Of a stretch of 64,000 bases of DNA, positions 26,901-42,900 are shown in pieces. The notes beneath the pieces are model-generated. The model did no database searches. It had not been told where the DNA came from and worked only from the letters and a program-made list of their open reading frames with translations. The stretch comes from Antedon mediterranea (lineage: Eukaryota > Animalia > Echinodermata): the NCBI RefSeq assembly GCF_964355755.1, contig NC_092670.1, positions 36,816,388 through 36,880,387 of the forward strand. The letters are read 5' to 3'. The position numbers and the translations under genes are program-made. The stretch's first letter is position 1, and each line of letters starts with the position of its first letter.

Positions 26901-28528
26901 CTAAAATGAAGTTCAAATTAAATTATTTGTTGCTGAATAAATTTCACATTTCATTATTATTAGTGGACAATAACAAATGGACTAGGCCTAGGCTAGTAGT
27001 ACTAGTAGGCCTATAGAGGTAGCCTAACTAACAGGACTAGCCTAGCTAGGCCTAGGCTAGAAAGACTTAAATATTTATACTAATTAGGCCTCCTAGGTAG
27101 CCTCGAAGTCTGAACAGAAAGCAAATTAGTATTACTTCTACTCGCGAAATAAACTACGTACGAGTACGCCAACAAAATCACCTATTATGGACAACACAAT
27201 GGATGGCGCACTACTCCAATAAACTCGCCTATTGTGGACAAAAAGTCACCTATTTTGGACAGCCAATTATGAAAGTCACCTATTATGGACAAACAACAGC
27301 GCCCTCTAGTCCCTATTATGGACAGAAAGTAACCTATTATGGACAGAAAAGTAACCTATTATGGACAGATTTCACCAACCCCGCTCGAGGTCCTGGAGAC
27401 ACTTAATATATATTTTGATTTCCTATTTTCAATTATAGATGAATTGCCATTTTCGAACTATGGTGGGCTAAGATCCTGGAGACACTAATAAATATATTTT
27501 TATTTCATATTTTAAATTAAGTGGCATTTCCGGCCATCAGCATTTTTCAAAATTTTCTTCAATCAACCATGGTGGGGCTGAGGTCCTGGAGACACTAATT
27601 AATATATATTTTTATTTCCTATTTTAAATTATAATTGCCATTTTCTAATTATGGTGGGCTAAGATCCTTTCATATTTGAAATTAAGTGCAAAGATCGAGC
27701 AGCTCTCATATTTCAGCTCAAAAATTCTAAATTTCCATGGCTGTAACAGGTTTTTTTGGGGGGGTGGGGGGGGGGGGAGAATGGTTCGTGGGTTGGTGTT
27801 TGTGTCATTTGCAATTACCATTTTCGCACCCCAGATATTTTTAGAATTATTAGTTATTACTCACAAAACTAAAAATACAATTTTTGAACGACATAGGGAT
27901 ACAATTTAGGCCCTATTTTGTGTCAGTTGGGGTTTTACAAACGTTTATTAGACATACAACCGTTGGTGGCGCTGTTTAGGGCCACATTTTGGGGATCTGG
28001 CATTGAAAATGAAATTGCACCGTGTCATTTCTGCACTCTCAATTTATTTGTTTTTAACTTCAACAGTCATTAGGTCTCAACATTTATAATAATGGTAGGG
28101 GCATAATAGAAACCCTCTACATTTGTACTCATTTCTAGGCCTCTGGATACAAATCCCAAAACTTAAAAATATACTTTTTTTTATTTATTAATCAAAGGGC
28201 TCCTCACGCACATCTCGTGTCCATCCGGAACACGGATGAAAACCATTTTGTTTCAAGACTTTGGAATACAGCAACTCATGGATTGACAACCACCGATTCA
28301 GTTACCAGCTACTGGATCGGTTTGACTGACTCAACACACGAGGGTAGATTTTTATGGAGTGACGGCAACAGTCTTCCAACTTATACAAACTGGGATAGTG
28401 GTGAACCAAACAACTACAAAGGCAGAGAAGACTGTGTATCAGTATGGGACAAAAATAATTCCCAGGAGAAGTGGAACGATATCCCATGTTCATTCCGCCA
28501 TGGTTATGTTTGCAAAGTTTCACAGTAA
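20962..28528 (+). CDS. Secreted single-domain C-type lectin, copy B (164 aa, EPN/WND)
   Basis: Exons 20962-21125 and 28198-28528 join in frame; same motifs as copy A; intron expanded by a ~5.2-kb insertion. Confidence 0.93.
22833..28009. mobile_element. Composite non-coding insertion in the lectin B intron
   Basis: Absent from the copy A intron; flanked by tgaaatt on both sides; starts CATAGTTGCCA (hAT-like end); contains ~120-bp repeats split by a nested TIR element. Confidence 0.7.
24306..27381. mobile_element. Non-autonomous DNA transposon with ~450-500-bp TIRs built of ~21-bp subrepeats
   Basis: gggttggtgaaatctgtccataatagg... at 24306 and its reverse complement ending 27381; mirrored spurious ORFs 24248-24484(-) and 27203-27406(+); no transposase ORF inside. 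Confidence 0.85.
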
Positions 28529-30070
28529 AATTTAAAATAGGCTTATTAACATCATAGATTTTAGAACTTTTGATTTTGACAAATTATAGGAATTAAAGAT
28601 GGCTTTCTTTTTCATAAAGTTATAACATTTACAATTAACATGTGCGTGCAGATTATTCATGCAAGCCTAATTTATTAATTTTAAAATTAGGCTTAGGCTT
28701 ACCAAGGCAATCTAACATTATTGCCTTTGACCTACTAACAAAATGCAGGTATATCATCATTTATGGTTCAAGATTTTGTGAGTATTATTAATTGATTGAT
28801 ACTTTTAAAATGTGTAGACCCACAGTTACACCACTCTAACAAGACAATAGTTAATGCTATATATCACTTATTATTAATTAATTTTAACAAAGTAGCCTAA
28901 TAAATAAATATGCATAGCATGTGTGTGTTTTGTAGTCCTTGTCAGTAGGATGGAAGGGACGGCATTGGAACCTCGACATTTCTTGAGTCTAAAAGTTTGT
29001 TTCAGTGATGGCACTAGGATTGTCCCGATATACGCGTCAAAGAAAACTAAAGCCTAAACAAAATAGTCAAGGTCATACATTATATGTGGCGGTACGGCTA
29101 TGAGCGCTCACTGGCTAAACCCATGGGCCCCGGAGCTTATAGGGGGTCCCTGAGCAGTGCCCAGAGAAAAAAACAAGGCTAAAACGCTCGAGGAGGGCTA
29201 CTTTGGGTTCCTAATTCAGGGGCCTAGTCGTCACATGTACTCGATAGCGACGCTTAGTTTTCAAATTCAACTTTAGTGCGCGGCGTTTTTTGATCAATCA
29301 TCTTTAAAGCTTGGTTGCCACTGGCGACGTAACGCAAGAAAATGTTGGGTTTTGTTTTATAAACTCAAATAGATTTACATTCATTGTGAATAAACCTTTG
29401 ATACTGTAAAATAGCCTATGTTGGTGGTCTAAACAATAAATGGATGGTCCCATTCATACTGGTACATTGTGTAGTTCAAGCTTGGTTCAACGCAACGTAC
29501 GAAAATGTCCTTTCAATAATTGTGTTTGCCCCCGCCTGCGTGAAATCACACCGGCGATGTTTGCAGTATTGTTGCGTCGTCGGTTCCCACTTGTGATTAC
29601 GCAATACACTTTCTGTCGATACGTGCCACGCGTTACAGAACACAGTGTTCCACAGAATGACATGATTGTTGTTTGTTATCTCCATCAATTAGATATAAAA
29701 TAATACAGTTTTAATGAACTAATCGAAAAATGAAAATCATCGTTTTCAGCATAACTTTTACTTTACATACAGTAAAACTAAAACTCTTCAGAGAATAGGG
29801 CTTGGCTTTAGTATTAAACCTATTATAGTAACCCTCGTTGGTTTTATGATAAAGTGTCCCCTTAATGGGTGTCACATGAATAGAGGTTTCACAAAAGCTG
29901 AGTTATAGTCTAGCAAAACTAAGTTTTTGAAGACATAATGCTTTGTTTATACCATAAAAACAAAACGACATGAAAACGTAAAACTTAGTTGAATTGTGTG
30001 CTCATTTGTACAGTTAGTTCCATATAGTTTAATTATAAGTTATTGAATGTTAATAGCTACATTTAATGGT

Positions 30071-32869
<2,799 letters not shown>

Positions 32870-33414
32870 GTCTGCAAATTAAAATACTATTTTGCTCAAC
32901 AAATATTTCACTCAATTGTGTGAAACAACACTACTGTACTAGCTAGGCCTATACTAACTAAACTAGCATATACTAATAGGCCTACTCTCTACTACTGAAC
33001 TGTTGTGTATTAAACAATTTGAGATTGAGTAGTTATGGAAAATAATTTTTCATGGACCAGTCTAGGCCTAACTAGGCCTAGTGAACAATAATTATTAATA
33101 CTTCTATAGCCTAGGCCTACACTCACTCCGCGACGCACCTAGGCCTAGTAGGCTACCGACCTGTGGTCAGTCCCGCCATCACTTATCATGAAGCACACCG
33201 ACCGGTCTGGTCTAGTAGTAGGCCTAGCTAGCCTACACACTACTACTAGCTAGCTCATCCCTAGCTTTTACCTTACTTTTCTGGTTAGCTAGGCTAGCTC
33301 TTGATGATATTACTAGGACTTAATTAAGTAATTACTTCTGTGGTATAAACTAAATACCACGAATAGTCTATCTAAAACTATAATATAAACTTTTAATTTT
33401 TAATCTTTACTTAC

Positions 33415-33903
33415 TTTATCTATTTTTCTGGGATGACTTTTCAGATTTTTCAGATGTGTTTGTTTGAAATTTAAGTTTCCAGTAAATGGAGTTTGTTCCA
33501 TTTATTAAAGAAACAACTCATTTAATTATATATGTACAACTTTACAATTTTAAAAATAGCCGTGTATATAAAAATATAGATGTGAATTTGTTATGTTATT
33601 TGATTAAATTATAAATGTATTCAACAAGAGTATATGGACATATTTTTATTCACTGTAATAGCTGCAAAGATATGTTTTAAACCCCAAATTATAAATGAAC
33701 TCGTCCATCAAATGAAAACACATGGATGTTGAGTTGTATTGTTGTTGTTGATCGACGAATTGTAGGATTGCCTAGCTAGGGCCAGGCCTAGGCCTACTGT
33801 ACTTTATATTTGTGTTCATAATATTTATGTTAATCATATGTTATGAGGATCACTAGTATTTTCTGAACATTTTCTGTTTGCTTCTGAATTGTAATTTATA
33901 AAA
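33415..33903. promoter_or_regulatory. Putative bidirectional promoter/5' UTR region shared by PSMD14 and INTS9
   Basis: Start codons diverge 1035 bp apart. PSMD14 has an acceptor just before its ATG and a candidate non-coding exon donor (GTAAGT on minus, 33414-33409). Confidence 0.6.
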
Positions 33904-36900
33904 ATGAAATTGGTATGTAACATTTAAACTTTATTATTACTAGTCTAGGCTAGCTAGGCCTACTAGCCTACTACTACTAGAACTAGCTAGGTAGGGCCTA
34001 TAAAATAGGCCTAACTAAACTAGCCTAGTAGGCCTATATAGGCTTACTTACTAGACTAGCTAGGCTAGTTAGTAGTAGAGGCTAGGCTATGGCTACTTAC
34101 TACTCTAGCTAGTAGTAGTACTACTACTGCTCCTCTAGCTAGCTAGGCCATGCAGGGAAAAATTTCATTTTAAAATTTTGTTTAGCAATTATTGCTAATC
34201 AAACTGATTTTTTAGTCGAGAAAGATAGTTTTGTATTGTATTTTTTGCTACACAATTTTAGAAATGTGTAGCAATAAGGTTGTTTTGTATAGCTATTTGC
34301 TATGCTACACTGGCGAAATTATTCTCTGCCATGACAGTGAGGGGGTATTTATGCTCTGAGTAATTTCTAATGGCAGCGCAGCTGTTGCGTTGTCGTATTT
34401 GTACCATATTGGCATATCCTACCTAGGTAGGCAAAATATGTGTAGCCCTATATGTACATAGGCCCGACCCCTATTCTCTTTTGTTGGTGCTACTACTAGC
34501 AATTTGCACACAATTGAAAATCTGAAAGAAAGAAACAATTCAAATCAAATAATTATCAATTGTGACATACAACCCAAAATTTAACTTAAATTAAAGTGAT
34601 TAAAAAATTCTGTCGGCACAGCAACCTTGTCGTTGATAGAAAACCATATACACTGCAGTCAACTCTTAATTATTAAGCATTTCCATTCAGTTAGTGGGAA
34701 TCTTATTTGATAATAATTTCTATGTAAATGCATGCAATAATGAATTTGTACTTTATTTTTCTCAGTATTGCCTGTCTGAAAAGCCAAATGCCCCCTGCAT
34801 AGTTGTAACATTCAAGGGTACAACCCTGATGTTGGACTGCAGTCTTGATCTCCAGTCACTACAGCATTTCATTCCGCTTACGCTAGTTCCCAGGTGAGTT
34901 TATACATTTTTTCCTTGTATATATTATTCCTTGAATTAAATACATTCCAACCAATTTTAAAACGGACAAATATTTAGGTCCCAAAGTACTGTGAGTGTAA
35001 TGGGAGACTTTCTGAGGTGTTTTTCCTATTTTTAGAGTGTAGACTCGAGGATTTTTTAATCGTCTATTTCTACATCTCCTTTATCTTGATAATAAAAACC
35101 CTGATGGGTATAAAATTTCAAACATCAACCTAATTTTGTACTGTAATCTGTATCAAAAACGAAATTCTATATTGTATGTAATTAATGCTTTTGCATTGAA
35201 TATGTTTCTATGTTAACTTTGTGCGTATTTGTATATTTTAATTTTGAAATTGTTCAATAATTTTTAGCACACGACTTGCTAAACTATCAACATGGAAATG
35301 TAATGGAGAAAAAGATCAGTGTAATGTAAGTTGATCTATCAAAACAATATAATAAAAAAAAAATAAGGATTATACTTACATTACAAAATTGACATTGACA
35401 CAAAATAGATTAATTTACTTTTTATCTTGCATTTTTTTTATTTATTTAAACAAAAAATTTCATATGCATCGACCAGCAAGCACAAACTCGCCAATTACAG
35501 GATGGATAAAAACTATTTAATAATCAATATATCATGCTTAAAAACTAAGTCTCATTTGAGGCTTAGGGAGTTGAAAGAGTTGTAAGTTACACCCCTGGCA
35601 CTAGGTCAGGATTGAACCCTGGACCTTGTGATTGTAAGGCAAGCATGTTAACCACCAATCTAAAGTACAGCTCAATTATTATTCAATATATTATACATTT
35701 ATGGTCCTACGAAAACTACCATGGAGTTTAGATTGCATTCTGGACTGACAACTATCCAGTTGTCTAGAGACGTTCAATGTCTAACAAATCATTTTTCTCA
35801 TTCTTTGCACAGGAGCTTAAGGAATGTGGTGGAAGAGTCCTTATTGATAGTTGTCCTGAAGTCTGCCTACCAGAGGTCAGTTGATATTTTAAAGCTCTGA
35901 TTCACTATCAAACTAGTTTGACAAAAAAATGTGAAGTGTCCAAATACTGTATGGTAGTGATATGCCCAAATATAGTAGCGATTTGATATCATGTCCATAT
36001 ATGTCTACATCACATTTTTTATTTATTTTTTTAGTTTAGAAACTTTGTAATAAATTGGATTTATTTATAACTGATAAGTAAATTACTGCATAAATTATAG
36101 CTCATTATAAGTTTACATAGAAGTCCTTAAGCTCTGTCTACACTATCAAACTTTATGTGACAAAAAATGTGATGTGCCTATCGACATAACTAGTTTTATA
36201 GTGTAGACAGAGCTTTATACAAACATAATTCATTTGTTGAGAAATTTATATAATATATGTTAATAATTACTATTTTCTGCTGTAGTTTGATATGTTTAAT
36301 ATATCTAACATTGATGCCATTCTTATCTCAAATTATCACTGCATGTTGGCACTTCCATTTATAACCGAGGTGAGTCATGTTTATTTTTGGTTTTATACAT
36401 ATTACAGGGCACATTTTTGCCAGTACAGCACAGAAAAAGTATGATGGATGGTATAGCAAAAAATGCAGAGAGCTAGAGTCTCTCCTGTTTTACATGATTA
36501 GTTTTGTTTATTTTTAGTATGCTGGTTTCAAAGGAACAATATATGCAACAGAACCCACAGTGCAATTTGGAAAGTAAGTCATTTTGTATTATTATTATTA
36601 TTAAACAAATACAACGTAAGGAGATAATATATAATTGTCTGTAGCTGCCAGGAAAGCACAAAAGCAGTAAGCCACTGTCACCAATTAGGTGTGTACCTCC
36701 AACCATAGAGATATTTATAATATTTCTATGCTCCAGCGAAATACTATTGTTATAAGTCAATAGTGACTGAGAATTGGTAATGCAATTTTGATGTTTCAAA
36801 GGCATCTAAAGCATGGTTCCCACTAGAATACAATGCAGCAACGTATTGACGGAAAGTGATGTATTGCGTAATCACAAGTGGAAACCGACGACGCAACAGT

Positions 36901-39900
36901 GCTGCAAACATCGCAGGTTTTCTTTCATGCAGGCATAATTATTGGAAGGGCATTTTCTTGCGTTGCGCATGTTGTGTTTTGTTACATCGCTAGTGGAAAC
37001 CAAGCTTTAAAGATAAAGAGACAGAAATATAATGATAATAATAATTGTTCATTCTTATATAGCACATTTTATAAGCAAGCTCTCAATGCGCTGCACATTA
37101 TTACCCCGGTCATTTTTTTTTATCATAAATGTATTACTGCAGTATAATCGTAATAATGCAGTATAATCTTAATACTGCAGTATAATCAATGCGCTGCACA
37201 TTTTTACCCCGGTCATTTTTTGGATCATAAATGTATTACTGCAGTATAACCATAATACTGCAGTATAACCATAATACTGCAGTATAACCATAATACTGCA
37301 GTATAAAGGTAATTCACTACTACAGTAACATTTACACCCAGATTGTATATGGATGAATTAGTGGAGTTCATGGGACGAGTTGGTAAAAGGATCGTAGCCA
37401 GTCGTTGGAAGCAGCCGGATATTTTAAAGAAATTACCAGCACCATTAAAGTCTGCCCTCAACATACCATCATGGAGAAATTGTTATACACAGCAAGATGT
37501 AAACAGCGCATTAGCAAAGGTCAAATTAGTGTCATTTGCTGAAAAAACGGTAAGTTTTTACCATCGAGGTATTATAGATTGGCTAGAGGGAGGACTCCTG
37601 ACTGAAAAGTGATTGGATATTGAAAAAATGTATTCTTTTTTTATTTATTTAATATCCAAGTGTAACAAACTGTCCCATCTCCTAGTCCCATCTCTTAGTC
37701 CAACACAAGTAAATGAGAGTTAAATGTGTTACCTATTATACATTACAAATTACTGTACATTTGTTTATTTATTAAATTTACGAATGCATTTTAACCTTTA
37801 TTACAGTTTATATACAATAAATTATTTTCATCTCAATGTAGAATCTATTTGGTGCTGTAACCGTTGTGCCACTAAGTTCAGGTTACTGTCTTGGTGGATG
37901 CAATTGGATGATTCAATCTGATTTTGAAAAGGTAATATGTATAATATGTAGATCAATATGCCAGCTATGTGGTAGTGATGTTGTGGTGTTGGTATTGGTA
38001 GCTCTGGGTGTGCATGTGGTACCAGTATTTGTAGTTTTGGTGGTGATATTATTATTTGGATTTGCATTTTTTTTATCCTACGCATCCAACAGCGAGTAAC
38101 TCACCAATTACAGGATGGATAAACTATTTTATAATTTACCGTGCTTATAAACTAATTCTCATTTGAGGCTTAGGGAGTGGAGTTGAAAGAGTCATGAGTT
38201 GCATCCCTGGCACTAGGTCAGGATTGAACCCCGGAGCTTGGGATAGAAAGGCAAGCATGTTAACCACCAAGCTACAGCTTCAGGTTTTTGGTAGTGGTAT
38301 TGGTAGCTCTAATTGTGGTGTTGGAAGTGTTAGTGGTATAATATTATGGTAGTTTTGGTAGGTCCTTCAGTTTTTGTGGTACTGAAACATGATGGGGTGA
38401 TATTTATATTGTTTACATATGAGAAGTCACATGAAAGCAGTAATCTGTTTCTGCTATACTATCTCTACTGTTGTCTTGACTTAAAATATTGTGCTACTGC
38501 CGAGAACAGTCAACTATGACCCATGCGTCGTGTGCACGTTCACTCAGTCTAAAAGTCCTTATTGTTATTTTTACAGATATCTTATGTTGCTGGCTCATCC
38601 TTTCTCACCACTCATGCTGCACCTATCAATCAACAGCCAATGAAAGATAGTGATGTCATGATCATTACAGGGGTAACGCAAACTCCTGGACACAACCCAG
38701 ACACCATGTTGGGCGAGTTTTGCAGTAATCTAGGTCAGTACTCACTAATCATTTTCTATTACCTCACAGAAAGCTCTGTCTACACTATCAAACTAGTTTG
38801 ACAAAAAAAGTATGATGTGCCCAAATACGGTGGTGATATGCACAAATATGGTAGTGATATGACATCACCTTCTTTGTTCTCTACTCTTATTCAGTCTCCA
38901 CCCACTATTCAACATGCTGTTTCTATTGTTATATTTCTTTTATTCCTGTCTACCCAGGCAGCACTTGCCAACTCATATGATATGACTTTATCCAAATTCC
39001 CTCACTTGCTAGTGTTGCCCGAAAGCTCTGCTAACTTTTCTGGCTGTTTACTTTATCGTTTTGATTTAGCTTTTCGCTTTTTTTTTTGTATCTCCATTGA
39101 GATCCAGCCACTGATACCCACAGCATTGTCATTTTTTTCAGTAATTTGCCTTTGGATTTATAATATAATAATATTTACATATTTATAAGAATATGCTCAG
39201 GTTGGTGAATTAAACATGCTACTGGTAGATTGCTTTTTGAGCTTGATTGTGTTGGAGTTGACCCTCTAGTTTTGTAATAGCTCTATAAATTTTTTTAAAT
39301 ATCAGATTTTTTCACCAAAAAGACGGTGTAAACTACTATAGCTATTATTGGTATTATATGTATTCGGGATTATGCTATGTAATTAAAACAAATAAATGTT
39401 GAATTTGAATTTAAAAGTTTGGACATGACTGACATTTTAAAGAATTTCTCATTTCAGCTGTTACAGTCAAGAATGGTGGTAATGTTTTAGTGCCATGTTA
39501 TCCGTCTGGTGTCCTATTTGACCTGTTTGAATGTTTGTGGGGCTACATGGATAATATGGGATTATCCCAGATTCCTATTTACTTCATCTCTCCGGTTGCA
39601 GACTGTTCTCTTGCATACTCACAAATATTTTCAGAATGGTAAGTCTGGCAAAAACGTTTAATTGAATTATTTCGCAAATGATAAAAAACTTGTGAAATAT
39701 GTTTGTAATAAATACGGATCTTGTTTACTTTTAGTTTGTAAACAAAATAAAAATAATATCACTCTCTACAAAATTATTCCTCTATGTTTTGGAAAGGAGA
39801 ATCTGAGTTGAGAACAATTAGGTATTAAATATAAAAACAAAAAATAAATTGTCTCTAGAATGTGAGTACTTGAGTATTTTCTTTGTTTTACAGGCTGTGT

Positions 39901-42900
39901 AGCGCTAAACATTCAAAGGTATACCTTCCTGAACCACCTTTTCCACATGCTGATCTTATCAAGAACAATAGGCTTAAACACTATTCATCAATTCATGGTA
40001 AGCAACCATTCTTTACTGCAGTATTAACCTACTCTACTGCAGTAACAGCAGTAGAAAACACATTTATTATTTATTCAACTTTATTTTACTAGGGTAGCCC
40101 TTAACATCTGTACTACTACAGCTTACTTGAAGAGGCCCTCTTAACAACAATACAAACATATACAGATGGCATTCAAACATAATACTACAAGAGGATTCAT
40201 AAATTTAAAATCTCAAACAGATTAAAAATGTTAAAATTATAAAATGTGCAAAATGTTAAAATTTATTAAAAAGCCATAACAAAAATGTGTTTATTTAAAT
40301 GTATGTTCCTACAGTATTAAATAAGCTTTTTCAGTGATAAAGATTTTGATATTTTCTTTGTACTGTCAATTACATACCATATTTAGGAATATCACTACCA
40401 TATTTGGGTACCTCACACTGTTTTTGTCGAACTAGTTTGATAGTGTAGACTGAGCTTTACAGGTTTTTTTTTATTATGGTAATTTTCAGGTGAATTTAGC
40501 AATCAGTTCAAGACACCTTGTGTGGTTTTCACCGGCCATCCATCATTGAGGTTCGGCGATGCTGTACATTTTATGGAGATGTGGGGAAAATCAAGTCTTA
40601 ACACTGTTCTATTTACAGGTAAATTTTTCATTCAATTAATCAAAAAATGATGTCTTGCTGTTCAAAATTTCAATAGCTTCAGATTGTATTAATGTAACTA
40701 CCTTTTTTCAATTTTTTTTTTGTAGAGCCGGATTTTCCATACTTGGACGCCCTGGCACCTTTTCAACCTCTATCAATGAAGGCATGTTATTGCCCCATTG
40801 ATCCCGCTATGGGATTTTCCCAGGCCAACAAAATGATTAAAGACCTTAAGGTATCTAAAGCTCTGCCTACACTGTCAAAGTTTATGTGCAAAGCCTATAT
40901 TATGTAATACATATTTAAAAATCTGTAGGCAATTTTTTTTGCAACCAACATGTGTTGGGTAGGCCAACTAACTCTGTCTACACTATCAAACTTCATGTGA
41001 CAAAAAAAATGTGATGTGCCCATATATGGACATAATGATGTCATATCACTACCAAATTTGGGCACATCACACTTTTGTAAAACTGGTTTGATAGTGTAGA
41101 TAGAGCTTTAACACTCATTGTTTTGTATTTTTAGCCTGGTCATTTGATCATACCTGCAGGCTACTCTCGTCCACCGGCATCCTTACCGCACAAGACAGAT
41201 CTCCAGATTGAATCGGTAAAGTACTGTTATTGTTAGTTATATATACTGTATATATGGCCCAATCCCGTCATGACAGACGATAAATTCAGACCCAAAATAT
41301 TATTTAACTAAGCTAAGTACTTCTGTTACGGATGAGTTCTGTTGAGTTCATTTATTGGTTACAATATTTTTATACAGTAATTTATAAATCTCTGCAATTA
41401 AGTTTTTAAACTACTCAGCTGGTAACAAATACTAGAAAGCCTTTTAACATTCAGCAACATATGCATTGGATCAATCTAAATCTACATAAATATACAGTAT
41501 CATTATTATGAAAGCTACCTACTACTTTCAAGGTTATGTTTCATGTTTTGTTTAGTGTGCTTAGTGTGCCATTGATTGATACTACCGTCTATTTTCAATA
41601 CGTTTCTTTAAACATGTAGGACCCATCGCCTGTAACTTTTACACGAGGAGAAATTCTAAACGTTCCAGTCAAACGAAAATTTGAGAAGATTGAAATATCT
41701 GAACAGGTGATACTCTTAATATTAATACTCCTCAATAATAATACTCTCCTTAATATACCATCTTCTTTAAAAAACAATTAATATAATGGTTAAGATTTCT
41801 TATGACTTTGTACAAGTAACAAAACTTTTATAAGTTTTTAATTATTATAATTTTATTTATGTTGTTGAACTTTATATGGACACTTTAGTTCATCTGCATA
41901 TGTTACTTCTATTGATTGAAAATGTTCATCTGGTTTGAAGGTATAAGTATATTGGAAATATTCTTTTTTCCAAACCAATAATTAGTAAAACTAACCTTGA
42001 CAGTTTCGCTGTCCTGATCGGACAGCTTCTTCAGAAATAATGATGATCTATCATCAAACAGACTGACCTCTAGAGGGCCTATTCAAGGTTAGTTTTACTA
42101 ATTATTGGTTTGGAAAAAAGAATATTTCCAATATACTGTTACTTCTATTGTTTTTATAAATATATCATTAAGTCTAAATGCAGCGTATAAGTGACTGATG
42201 TATAAATGGTACTTGTTTTAGATTTCTGATGATCTTACGCCAACTGAAGTGCGCCCAGGTGTGCTGGTGTCTGCTGTTACAGGTGTTCTGGTGGTGAAAG
42301 ACAATCAATACGTATTACAAGTGAGAACATGCTAATACCGTATTTATTTGAATAAACGCCCTGCTTTGAATAAACGCCAACCTCAAATAAACGCCACCAT
42401 AGAACATCATTTTGAATAAACACCCTCCCCCACCCCCTCGAATAAACATCCCGAGGCCTTTATTTATTTCCTAGAATAAACATGCATATATACAGAACAT
42501 TGTATTACAACACATTTCTATTTGTAGTAGAATGCATTGATTGGCATGATCTACAATTTACCAAGCATTTCGATACAATTTTTACTGTATTTTATCACTT
42601 CTTGATATTAATTGTCTTGTATTTTTTTTCAAATCTAGGAGGTATTTATTTGATTATACATGTTACTATATTACACCCAAAAAATAAATGCTCCCCCCCC
42701 CCCCCCCCCCGAATAAACGCCCTCGGGAGATCACTTAAAATATCTGGAAACTTTGAAAGTCTGCAACTTGCTCAGACTGTGCTAAATTAACTGCTATCCA
42801 TTATTGATGATTACAATTTCTTCAAATTATTAAAGGCTTCACTAATAAATCAATAAAAAGGAATTTTTTTTTTTCAGAATGTGCCACCTTCAAACCCTCC

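Noticed and set aside
24248-27406. Twin ORFs MAHYSNKLAYCGQK... on opposite strands
   Set aside because: They are translations of the two TIRs and their 21-bp subrepeats, not genes.
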